From: Monocercomonoides exilis PA203
Lineage: Eukaryota; Protista; Preaxostyla
Direction: 5' to 3'
Length of the DNA stretch: 64,000 nt
Assembly: GCA_001643675.2 (NCBI GenBank)
Contig: LSRY02000069.1
Location: forward strand, 124,001 to 188,000
The notes under the pieces are model-generated. The model was given only the letters and a program-made list of their open reading frames with translations. It was not told the DNA's origin and ran no database searches. Shown piece by piece: positions 49,201 through 58,922 of this stretch. Numbering within the stretch: position 1 is the stretch's first letter; the number at the start of each line of letters is the position of its first letter. A program made the position numbers and the translations under genes.

Positions 49201-50452
49201 TGTATAAAGAAAAATAGCTTAAATTAAACATAATTAAAAAAAGACACGCCATTTGATGATTTCAATAAACTTCCGAAAAGTTGCCTTTTTACTTGTGTTT
49301 GTTGGAAAAACATAAATGAAACCATTTCTGCATGAGCGGGTGACATCTTTTGAAAAAAATTTGTGAGTTGGACCATATCCTTCTGCAGGCTTCTAAATTC
49401 AAATCCATTATGAACCCTTTTAGCAGACAACATTGTCGATAAACCGATCCAATCAATGAAATTGCAATATATGGGAATTTTTTTTTATGAGAAATGGAAC
49501 TCATAAAACAATAAAAAAATAATAAAAATCAAATTCAACCAAAAATGTAAAATTTCTGACCAATAAAAAATTGAACACAAAAAAATAAACAGAGATTATC
49601 TAATTTTGAACAAATATTAAATTAGATTCGATAAAAAAAATAAAAAAAAAAAATAATCGAAGTTTATTAAAAATTTCAAAAAATTTTTTTCTTTGCAAAA
49701 AAATAAAAATCAACTTAAATTGTCTTCTCATTATTTGAAAATTCAAAAATAAAATTAAAATACTTCAAAAAAATAAATATTTTTTATTTTAATAAAAAAT
49801 AATTTTATTAATTTTTATATCACTTAATAAATTATTTTAATAATTAATTGACAACATATATATGGCATGTTTGCATTAATAAAGCAATAATAATTACAAA
49901 TTAAATGAAACAAAAATAAAAAATTGTCATTCATTTTTGAAATTTTTGATCATAAAAAATACAAATTATTATTAATGGCGCCATTAAGAATACCATGATC
50001 TATTTTGCTCAATGTGAATAAATAACAATAATAAACATGTCTGATGCTTTTTTTGAAAATCTGTTAGTGGAAAAAGTTGGTAATAATTTGTTTTTTAACA
50101 TATTTTTTATTTGGGATGAAGTGTTGTGTGAAATGAATTGTTTCCCATGCACCGTCTTCGAAGATTTTTCTTATTATTTTACAGTCATTCGATATATTTA
50201 ATATGTGAGAACGTTTGACATATAATGTCAAAGCTACATAAAAGGTTTGGAACAAATCGTTGTTATTTTTCATTAATTCAAGAATTTTGACCTATTTGTT
50301 TAGAAACTGGTTATTTTGTTTGGCACATAGACAATTTTTGATGAAACAAACAGAAAGACTATTCAATGTGACTTTGATAACTGTTGTTCATTTTTAACAA
50401 AGTTTGTTTTTATTATTAATTTGCAAAATACTCAAAAATCAATTATTGTATT
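46259..50452 (-). mobile_element. 4.2-kb element bounded by 587-bp apparently perfect inverted repeats and carrying a USP gene
   Basis: 46259-46845 is the reverse complement of 49866-50452 (the identical 69-aa ORFs 46438..46647+ and 50064..50273- confirm this). No flush TSD; TTAA lies 3-4 nt outside each arm. Confidence 0.85.
46985..49054 (-). CDS. Ser/Pro-rich protein with a C-terminal USP (peptidase C19) deubiquitinase-like domain
   Basis: Cys box RGLRNLGKTCSFSSLCQ; Zn-finger pairs CQSC and CGKC; His box YQLCGTVIH..GHFIAIVK..FFECDDEVV; terminal FTFYQ. Upstream sequence to ~49433 is homologous to the first exons of the 54228 gene. Confidence 0.85.
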   Translation of the reverse strand: MLLILTKEFSQQTLSQEFVFEIKPPTFRASFFDQKKAMSTDRTPLMKRKQRSSQLNSSKSYFGYFGAENEKIESIEMDMEDSEDYISHNDTPKSISLSSSTSTLSSSSSSSINPLSFPSPFMFSAFPPSEKSIPSSSSPFPSFSSPSSSSFPSTSFSSSSFPYPSNLSSFHPLHMASPSSFQSSSSPSFPSSFPLTPSNIHPSTVSSASSSASFPASPSSSSSLSSSLSPFPSPSTSPSPPSHSSPSSLSSSSSSSSPLFSSSPSPSPPSHSSPSSSSSSSSSCSSCSCSSSSSSPSSPSLTLSTSSPLEPELATLFHSKKKISSNEDDDMESNSKNPSRTDIVYLMFAPIERFIDCLSMHVIDGDIGSRSCVYKYKISKRGLRNLGKTCSFSSLCQCFASLDLGRSFSSKKNLTDRQSLQLVLQCLSGCDFQKFYWGTKRMIQMYENNFGPLMEPKGSLSTYEKFLELLSEEDDGVIKKFQLHSHKFMKCQSCNQLTSKPRGIMLEVPISNADIVEGLNSYFSVVKEEEDQQKQMCGKCSTGRIELKWIRLDAFPCGMCVFHNNPTPSSVNPPLTQLFVAEKGNGPFDICFFDPLKSKTSLKFFSDNDMITAKYQLCGTVIHSTSKFKDGHFIAIVKDRKHLIDEKSIFFECDDEVVSLLALDKWNQCWKNLSLEGWKSGFTFYQLTE

Positions 50453-50508
50453 TTTTTAAGTGACTGAAGTGATGATAAGAAGATGAATGAAGTTATTAAA
50501 CATTATAT

Positions 50509-50748
50509 GGGTTATTCTTTTTGAAAAGTCGCAAATGTTTAATTATCAAACAAATCAAAAATTTCATATATAGCTCAAATTTCTGTTTCTTCTCACGAAT
50601 TTTCTTAAGAATGTTTGAAATAGCATTATCAAGATATTGATTCCATGTTTGTGAAGTTTAGTGTATGTCAACAAATTTTTGAGCAAAATATGAAATTTTT
50701 GGTTAATTGGAAAATTAAACATTTGCGACTTTTCAAAAAGAATCACCC
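50509..50748. mobile_element. 240-bp MITE with GGG termini and a 4-bp ATAT TSD (Sola-like)
   Basis: 36-bp TIRs GGGT(T/G)ATTCTTTTTGAAAAGTCGCAAATGTTTAATT with 1 mismatch; ATAT at 50505-50508 and 50749-50752. Confidence 0.85.
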
Positions 50749-51425
50749 ATATAAATAAATATATTTCTTCAAGAAAAATTGGAAAGGCTTATTGAAATGT
50801 TTTGTGTTGTTTGCTTTTTCGTTAATTGTTTTAAATTATTTTATTTAACTTTTGAGTATATTCAAATAAAGATGCTCATCCCTGTTTATCTGCAATTAAA
50901 TAATTTTCATTCTCTGTTCCATCATTCATTCAGAACCAACCGATGAGAGATATCGTCAACAACTTGTGCATTTTTCTCTTGTCTCTTCAGCATATTCCTC
51001 CTCTTCTTCTTCCCCTTCTTCTGTTTTGACTGATCTGTCTATTTGGCTGCTTAACGGAATCATTTATGCCAGAACACACGAAATAATCAAATAGTTTTAA
51101 CTCCCAGTTCTTCGCATATTGAACATATGCAGTGTTGTGCGTGTGATTGAAATGACAAAGAGAAATGAAATTGTTGTCCAGAGAAATTCAACGCTGATAG
51201 AGGTATTTACGATCCGTTTCAATCTGCTTGAATTTCTCCTGCTTCTTCTAAGATGTTGCAGAATTGAGAAGAAGAGAAAGAAACCAGCGAAATGCGACGA
51301 ATGCAATTCAAACTCAATGTGACTTCATTATGTGTGGCGACTAGCCTGGCGATCCTCCCCTCTGCAGCTGTTGTGGATGTTCACCTCTACAACATGGAGA
51401 AAGTGATTGCGTAAAAGATCTTTCA

Positions 51426-52686
51426 TTGAACCAGTTGAACCACACGTTTGCCCACGAGCTCACTCCAGCCGACGAGACATTCAACCGCAACGATGGGCTG
51501 CTCTACACAGAGGCTGGCATGCGCTTGCTGCTGGATCTGTTGCATTTTCCTTTCAATTTAGGTACCAATCCGCTGCTATATAAAGACACAGAGGTGTTTG
51601 TGTGTGTGTGTGCAAAGCAACATGAAAATATCCTATTGATTAGCATACACACAATTTTACAAATTTTAATGTAAGAGTGGAGTATTGAGTGGAGGTTGGA
51701 AATATGAGGAAGGTGATGATGCATCAGATGGGAGGTGTGGATTTGGAGGTAATGGATGAGGAGACGCAATTGGAGGAGAAGGAGGAGGAAATGATAACAA
51801 CAATGGATGAGATGGAAGTGGTGGAAATCAAGGAGAAAACAATTGAGAATGAATATGTACCATTTCAATAGATCCACGCGAGGGACATCTTGAAACAGGA
51901 GAAGAACATATGTATAGATTTTCATGTGACCCCCACAACGAAAATATTGATCAAGCATCGTTCATCTGGCAACTGCGAGGAGGAGCGAAGCAAGTGGTGA
52001 AGGATATAGCATGCCAGATACTGAATCAAACCGAAGCGCATGTTGTGTTTGAGAGTGGACGAGGTGCAGAGACGACGGCGATGCACTTTCTGGAGCAGGT
52101 GCTTATCGGTGAGGTGGATGCACCAATGAAGTCGATTGTGCTGCGGAACGAAGGTTGGACGAGCTTCAACGATAGATTTGATCTGACTGAAGTGGAGCGT
52201 CTGAATGCGTCTGCGTCTGATTTCCCTCCGTTTGAATGACTTTTCATGGCAGGGATTGTGCAAGTGCATGAAATGTGGCCAACAAATTGTAGCTTCCGTC
52301 CGCTGATGCAAAGAGGTTATTTGGAAAGGATTCCGATCAATCTGGGAAGCAGATTCAGCTCGATGAGTGAGATTAACGCGAATGTTGGAATAGGAGGAGT
52401 AGGGGGAGGAGATGGGAATGTGAATGGAACGAATCATTCACCATCATCGAACAATGGAATAGTGATGGGAATTGGTGGAGCACAAGGAGGAGCACAAGGA
52501 GCAGCCGGAGGAGGAAGTGATGGAACAGAAGGAATAACTCACATGAAAACAGTTCTGCAAGCGCTGCTGGAAGGCGACGGTTTCATCGCGAAGGAAGGAG
52601 CAGAGCCACTTGTGGATGAGAAAAAGACAGCAACTCCATGTTCCTCTTTCTCCGCTTCCTGGCCAGCTATGCTTATTGTCACATGA
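51426..52686 (+). pseudogene. Hypothetical host gene fragment with intron(s) and stops
   Basis: GC-richer protein-like ORFs 51426..51674, 51910..52239 and 52246..52686; the last two share a frame across a TGA. Confidence 0.4.
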
Positions 52687-53584
52687 GCGAATTGGCTTTG
52701 GGAGTGTGGCAGGTGGGAGCATCGAGCGGAGGCTGGTGTGTCTGGTGTGTCTGCGTGCGAGGAGCACTCTGCACTGCAGAAGAGGGCGTGTGAGAAAGGA
52801 GAGAAGAGAGGAATAATATTTGATACAGAAGAGAGTCGTCCACTGATCAAGTCGGTTGCTGCGATAATTTAACCGATTGGGGGAAAAAGAACAAAAGGAG
52901 AGAAATGTGTGTATGTGTGTGTTGTGGAGTCGCATGTTCTTAAAGGCTGTTTAAGTTGAAGAAATTTCATTTCAATGAATTATCACTATCGTTATCTTCA
53001 CATTTTCGATCTCAAATTGTTATTATCTTTTTCAAATTAGAATGAAGTCGGTGGTGAAATTACAAAAAAAGCGAAGCAGAAATGGATGATTATTGGCATT
53101 TGGAGAAGAAAGTGATCAAAAAGAGGATATATGTGTTTTAATTGTGATCGATGAATAATTATGTGAAAAAGAAAATAAAGGAAGATTTGTGAAATGAAAC
53201 AAAGAAAAAATTAAAATTGTTTATTCATTGTTATTGTTTCATCTCGGATATTTCAAAAAGAAAATGAATGAATAATTGTTGATGTTCAAACAATAATTTA
53301 ACTTATTATTTTTATTTGTTCATCAGTTAAACAAATAATCTCTATTCAACACATCTGTGCAGTATTTAAAAATTTTTATCTCTCTCTCTCTCTTTTTATT
53401 ATTTACTCATTTCAGAATTTTTTATTTTGAAATAATTTTTTTTATTTCTATTTGTTATCAAAACTAATTTATTTTAATGGCTATTTTCATTTTTTGATTT
53501 TTTTACAGGAAAAAAAATATTTAATAATGAAAACGAACTTTAACAAAAAAATGAGTTAATCAATTCGAACTGGAAAAAAAAAGC

Positions 53585-54180
53585 AAAATGACAACTCGGG
53601 ATTTTTCTTTATTTTTTGTTTTTTAGAAAAAAATATTTTTTCGAAAATGACTAATAACTTTATGTAGTTCAAAAACATCTGCATCATTTTATTTTTCCAA
53701 ATAAAAATAATCACAAAAATGATGACAAGCTCAAATGAGAAGTGTGATCAGTCACTTACAGATATATGAAAAAATGAGTATGATTAATCATTTCGATGCA
53801 GATGATTAGTATTTGACAAAAACAAGAAGGAAAAATTTTGCAAGAGGGAAAGTTATTTGATAAAGAATGATCGAAATTTTGATCTATCATTGTGTTTCTT
53901 TTTTTCTAATAACTTTCCCTCTTGCAAAATTTTTCCTTCTTGTTTTTGTCAAATACTAATCATCTGCATCGAAATGATTAATCATACTCATTTTTTCATA
54001 TATCTGTAAGTGACTGATCACACTTCTCATTTGAGCTTGTCATCATTTTTGTGATTATTTTTATTTGGAAAAATAAAATGATGCAGATGTTTTTGAACTA
54101 CATAAAGTTATTAGTCATTTTCGAAAAAATATTTTTTTCTAAAAAACAAAAAATAAAGAAAAATCCCGAGTTGTCATTTT
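53585..54180. repeat. Long hairpin with 273-bp inverted arms and a 50-nt spacer
   Basis: 53585-53857 is the reverse complement of 53908-54180; no mismatch noticed. Confidence 0.93.
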
Positions 54181-54227
54181 TTTATTAATTAATAATAATT
54201 CCATAATAAATTGTAATAATCACTTGA

Positions 54228-55238
54228 ATGTCATTTTCAAAACAGGAGTCAACTCTAAATTCACGGTGCAACGTTCTATGGAAAGAAATACAACGCATCG
54301 GTGGAAATGACGTTGATTCATTGCTCGTCTATTTGTTTTACAACTACAGAAAATCATCTGCAGTTATAAATGATTAACTGAAATCCTTGAATGGTTTGGA
54401 CTTCAAAATTTTTTGATTGATAATAACTTGAATTTTTCTCTTGTAATAGAATTTTTTAATTAATATTTGTTATTTTGTTATTTAAAAAACTTAGAATATT
54501 ACGAAATTCTTCTGAAAGATCTCTCAGTTGTGTACAAGTACGCACAATTACATACGCAAACGATGATCCTACAAGCACTGACGCGCAACGCATCATTATC
54601 TGAGCTTCTGGACTATGGATTTGACATTACTGAAGGAAAGTTTAATTATGCAAAACAAACTCTTACAAAAAACCAAGGATTTTTAATTCCGGCACAATTG
54701 CCTCACGCACCATCGTGTAAAAGTGGTTTGTATTGTATTTTTCTATAATTTCATTTTTAACTGTCTTTTTGTTTATTCATTTATTTAACTTTTTTGAGGT
54801 CTTAATGAACAAGATTGGGAAAAGGGCAACAATTGGATGTTGGCCCATTCCACAGAAGCATCAACGTCATTGCAATCAGCCAAGAAAAGATCAAAAAAGG
54901 TTCCAGATTACGCACAGTTCATTGAGGAATCTGCATGGGATAATATTATCATTACAGAAAAAAATAATTCTCACAATATACAATCTTCTCCATCAGAAAA
55001 ATTATGCCAACAAAATAAAAAATCAAATATTATATCAGAAAAAAAATCTTCTCCATCTCATGCAGTTAACGATCCTATTAACACTCCACTTCGAGCTGAA
55101 AGATGGACTACAAAAATCAAACAAAATAATACACTTCATTACCGTCGAACTTCTCCATCACCAATACCATTTCATAAACTAGTTAAACGAAAATCTCCCA
55201 TTTCATCATCATCTTCTTCCTCTCCTTCTTCTTCCTCC

Positions 55239-55270
<32 letters not shown>

Positions 55271-58154
55271 ATTTTCATCATCATCTTCGTCATCATCATC
55301 TCCTTCTCCCTCTCCCTCTCCTTCTCCTTCTCCTTCTCCCTCTCCCTCTCCTTCTCCCTCTCCCTCTCCTTCTCCTTCTCCTTCTCCTTCTCCTTCTTCC
55401 TCTTCCTCTTCATCTTCATCTTCATCTTCATCTTCTTCCTCTTCTTCCTTTTCGATCAAAGTTAAAAGAAAAGATACAATCAATACTTCTCCAGAAGACA
55501 AAGCAACCTCATCTTTTTGCAACGAAAATATATGGGTTAGCGGCCAACTTATGGAATATGTCACCTCATCCACTCTTATTCCTCCTCATACATTCCAAAA
55601 TCTAGTCTCATCTTTCACAAAAGAGAGCAACACCTCAACACAATAACAAAAGTCACAGTTTATTACAAGAGATAATTCAACAAATATTGATTCATTTATT
55701 TCTTCTTCATCCAAATCAACGGCTAATGTTTTAAAATTCACACCAAATACTCCATTAAAAACAGTAAAAGGGTTGGCAAATCTTGGAAACACATGCAACT
55801 TGGCATCTCTTCTGCAATGCTGGTCCTCGATCTGCAGTTCAAAACCAACGATCTTTACAAAATCACACTTAAAAGATACATTATCATTTCAAATGATGAG
55901 TATTTGCAATCAAATCCTCAAAGATGGAAAAAAAGTACATTCATGGATCCCATCAATTGTTAACAAATGGGAAAAATTTTGCAGATACGGAAGCAAGCAG
56001 CAGCAGAATGTGTTAGAGGCATTCGATAATCTTCATAGACTTTTCGAAAAAGATGGAATGATAAAGAAAGATTGCTTCTGTCCTATTTTGATTTTTCATT
56101 TCAAATGATTTAAATGTCAAAAACTCACATCACATATCGACAACATCAATAATAGCATAATCATCAATTCTTCATCTATTCACAATGGTTTATCTTCTTT
56201 GTTTTCAACTGAAATATTGAACGGAAAAAATGCTGTCTATTGCAATGAATGCAAAGAAAAATACTGCACTGCTAGGTGGGAGGAAATGATTTCATTTCCA
56301 GAGGTCCTAGCCCTCTCCCATGAATGTACCGATCCTGCTAGTTCTCCACCTTCTCGAACACTTCTAATCGAGACTGATATGTCGAATAAACGTTCATTTT
56401 GCAAAGGATTTACAAATGAAAATAAAACTTCATTTCACAACCAAAATAAAGAAACAACATTCTATCACTTAATTGGACAAATCCTTCACAAACAGTTTGA
56501 TAATAGCAACGGTCATCACATTGCTGTTGTGGAAAGAAATAAAGGAATGAAAAAGATGTGGATCACCTGTAACGATGATGATATTGATGCATTTGACAGT
56601 GATAAATGGTCAAAGTCATGGAAAGATCTCTTTTCTCAGGGCTATATTCCTTCTTTATCATTCTACGTGAAAGAGAAATCACAATCAACTCAACTAAGTG
56701 TCCAATTTGGTGGTTCCTCTATTTCTTCCTCCTCTTCTCAATCTTTAAATATCAACAACACAAACACAGACACAACTCCATCATCATCGTTTATCACACC
56801 ACCACATCATTCTTCTTCCATTCCACAACTTTCTTCATCAATAATAACTAACTATGGATTGGAAGCACTTAAAGAAAAAAGAAAGAAAACGGGCATCTTT
56901 TCTCCCAACGAAAAGAGATTAATCTTCAAGCCAAAGACGAAATTATGGAAAGAGTTTTCTGAAGAAACAAACATCAAAGTTTCTCTTTCTCACTTCTACA
57001 AACTCACCACCAATTTCTCCAAAGCGAAAAGACGAACGGATCTCTGCGGCATGTGTGAGAAGTTGAACTATCTGGAAAACAAATTGAAGTCATCGCAAAA
57101 CAAAAATGGACTGTCTGAAGCAGAGTTTCATACACTTAAATTACTTCGACAACATCGTCTTGTTGCAGAAATGCAACGAAAACATTATCAATCAACTGTT
57201 GATAATCTGAAAGAGGGAGAAGCAGTCTTCGTCTTCGACTTCAAAGAGAAATGGAAACTCCCTATCAGAAAAAATCAACTTCAACAAGAATTCTTTAATT
57301 ACCAACAAGTTTCTCAATTCACAATCATCTCTCTTCAAAAAATTAATAATCAACAAATAAAAAGAACTTTCAACTTCTTCTCCGACTGCCTCTCAAATGA
57401 TCACAGATTTGTTATTGAGTGTCTGGAATCTGTGATCAAAAGACACTTCTTCTCAGACACTCACACTTTTAAGTTCTTCTGCGATTCGGGTCCACACAAC
57501 CGAAATCGCTTCCTCCTTCACTTCATTCTCTCCAAACAATCCAAACTTCTCAAAAAGAAAAACACCCAACTCAATTTCTTCGCTGAACACCATGGAAAAA
57601 ATATTTGTGATAGTGAATTTGGTGCGTTAGTGAATGCAATCGACAACAATCTTTCGACTGAACACATCACCACACTTCATGACTTAATCAACTTCTTCGA
57701 AAGCAATATGAATGTTTCGACATCTGTTTCATCATCATCACAATTTAATGTTTTTGAATCATCCTCATCAAACAACTCCCCATCGTCATCATCTATCAAG
57801 GAGTGTGTGCATGAGAGGTACTTTGAAGAATATGTACCATCTCAACAAATCTCATGGCCATCATTGTCAGTTCCCCACATGAAAGATTACTTGTATTTTG
57901 AGCGCAAGGGCTCATTTGTCTGCGCATCTGCTGTTGGATATCTTCCTCAACGCTCTCTGGTTGCACTCGAATCTTCAACAATGAAAGAAAAAGTTCAACG
58001 TTCAAGAAAGTCATTTCACTCTGATATCACATCATCTAACTCTTCTCTTCTTTCTCAATCTTCTCAAGATCTTCTTTCAAGGAGATTTGAGCTTCTTCTT
58101 GACTCTTCTTCTATTAATGAATCTCAAAATTGTTCTTTTGGTGTCCCCTATTAA
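54228..58154 (+). pseudogene. Sola(2)-like DDD transposase with an in-frame inserted USP/peptidase-C19 domain; 3 exons and 3 in-frame stops
   Basis: Exons 54228-54393, 54495-54725 and 54799-58154, joined by frame-preserving GTTTG..AG introns. ORFs 54837, 55773 and 56199 share one frame. USP motifs: GLANLGNTCNLASLLQ, QQQNVLEAF, YHLIGQILH..GHHIAVV..WITCNDD. Transposase motifs: TDLCGMCE, VFVFDFKEKW, FSDCLSNDH, FFCDSGPHNRN, FFAEHHGKNICDSEFG. Stops: TAA 54375, TAA 55644, TGA 56106. Confidence 0.82.
55204..55448 (+). repeat. Poly-Ser/(Ser-Pro)n coding microsatellite linker
   Basis: TCT/TCC runs flanking tandem TCTCCY hexamers. Confidence 0.85.
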
Positions 58155-58158
58155 GAAA

Positions 58159-58306
58159 CTAGTTGTTGTGTATGCTCAGCTGGCACTCAATCGGAAGGGT
58201 GCTGGACATGACTGTTCGTATTAGATATTGCAGCCTTCGGGCTGCTTTATCCGGACCTGGATACGACGAACAGCCTCCCAGGTGCACAACAGTTAGAATC
58301 CGATTG
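58159..58306 (+). ncRNA. Candidate structured cis-RNA element (multi-stem with pseudoknot), identity unknown
   Basis: 14-bp outer stem, 9-bp, 8-bp, 6-bp C(UUCG)G and 6-bp stems, plus a 7-bp loop-to-3' pairing; G-U pairs favour the plus strand. Confidence 0.6.
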
Positions 58307-58895
58307 TTTTCTTGTGCTTTTTGTCCCTATAATGTCCCTATTTTCACTTGGTAATTGTCCCGAAATCTATATTTGTATATCTAAATAGAGATTCATTTTT
58401 TGATGGGTGTTGTGAAGAGTTTCAATGATTTTTGAATTTGATTTTAGGAAAGGAGAATAGCTGAGAGTGTGAAGTGATGTTTCATCACTGTGTCTGCCTT
58501 TTTTCTCTGTTGAATTTGATCTTTTTGAGTTTGGACAAGAGAAATATCAGAAAGTGCAGAGTGAGAAAAAAACAAAAGATAAACATTCAAGTTTGTTTTT
58601 GGACTTAAAGAATTTGAAATCTTTTTTGCTTGGAATTGACTATGACACCATGTATTTGTTGTAATAGTTATGCTTTTTATTGAATCTTTTATTGTTCATG
58701 CAAATTGGTATAGAATTGACAATTGGGGAATGTTTTAATGATGATGTGGTAAAAATATTTTTTTTAGAAAGTGATGCAACAAGAAAAGAAACTTATTTGT
58801 TGTTTTCTATTTTCAAGATGATTAATACAATGAAGTGTTAATGTTATTTATGTGTTATTTTGTTTTATGATTGTTATCAAATTAGCAATGTATTT

Positions 58896-58922
58896 GGGTG
58901 ATTTTTTTTGATATCATAAAAA
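58896..58922 (+). repeat. GGG-type orphan transposon terminus
   Basis: GGGTGATTTTTTTTGATATCATAAAAA matches 33210; GGGTGATT also begins the right TIR of the 50509 MITE. Confidence 0.5.

Noticed and set aside
50486-50501. 16-nt match (AATGAAGTTATTAAAC) to the hAT left junction 22075-22090
   Set aside because: Lacks the rest of the TIR and the subterminal motifs; plausible by chance in AT-rich DNA.
11162-58154. Whole-genome TAA/TAG=Gln code
   Set aside because: The 938-, 689- and 651-aa ORFs contain many Gln and no internal TAR, and the USP gene ends at TAA exactly at the domain end.
58226-58262. Minus-strand CAGGTCCGGATAAAGCAGCC resembling SRP RNA helix 8, and plus-strand CAGCCTCCCAGG resembling HDV ribozyme P3/L3
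   Set aside because: The SRP GNRA hairpin and closing pairs do not form; HDV P1.1, P4 and J4/2 are not properly satisfied.
58208-58275. SECIS candidate (ATGA followed by a stem)
   Set aside because: The 3' strand lacks the NGAN needed for the G.A quartet, and the apical region is branched without the conserved AA loop.
58155-58354. Possible C-terminal PHD-like finger (CCVC ... FSCAFC) after the transposase stop
   Set aside because: The Cys motifs lie in different frames with wrong spacing; the RNA-structure explanation fits better.
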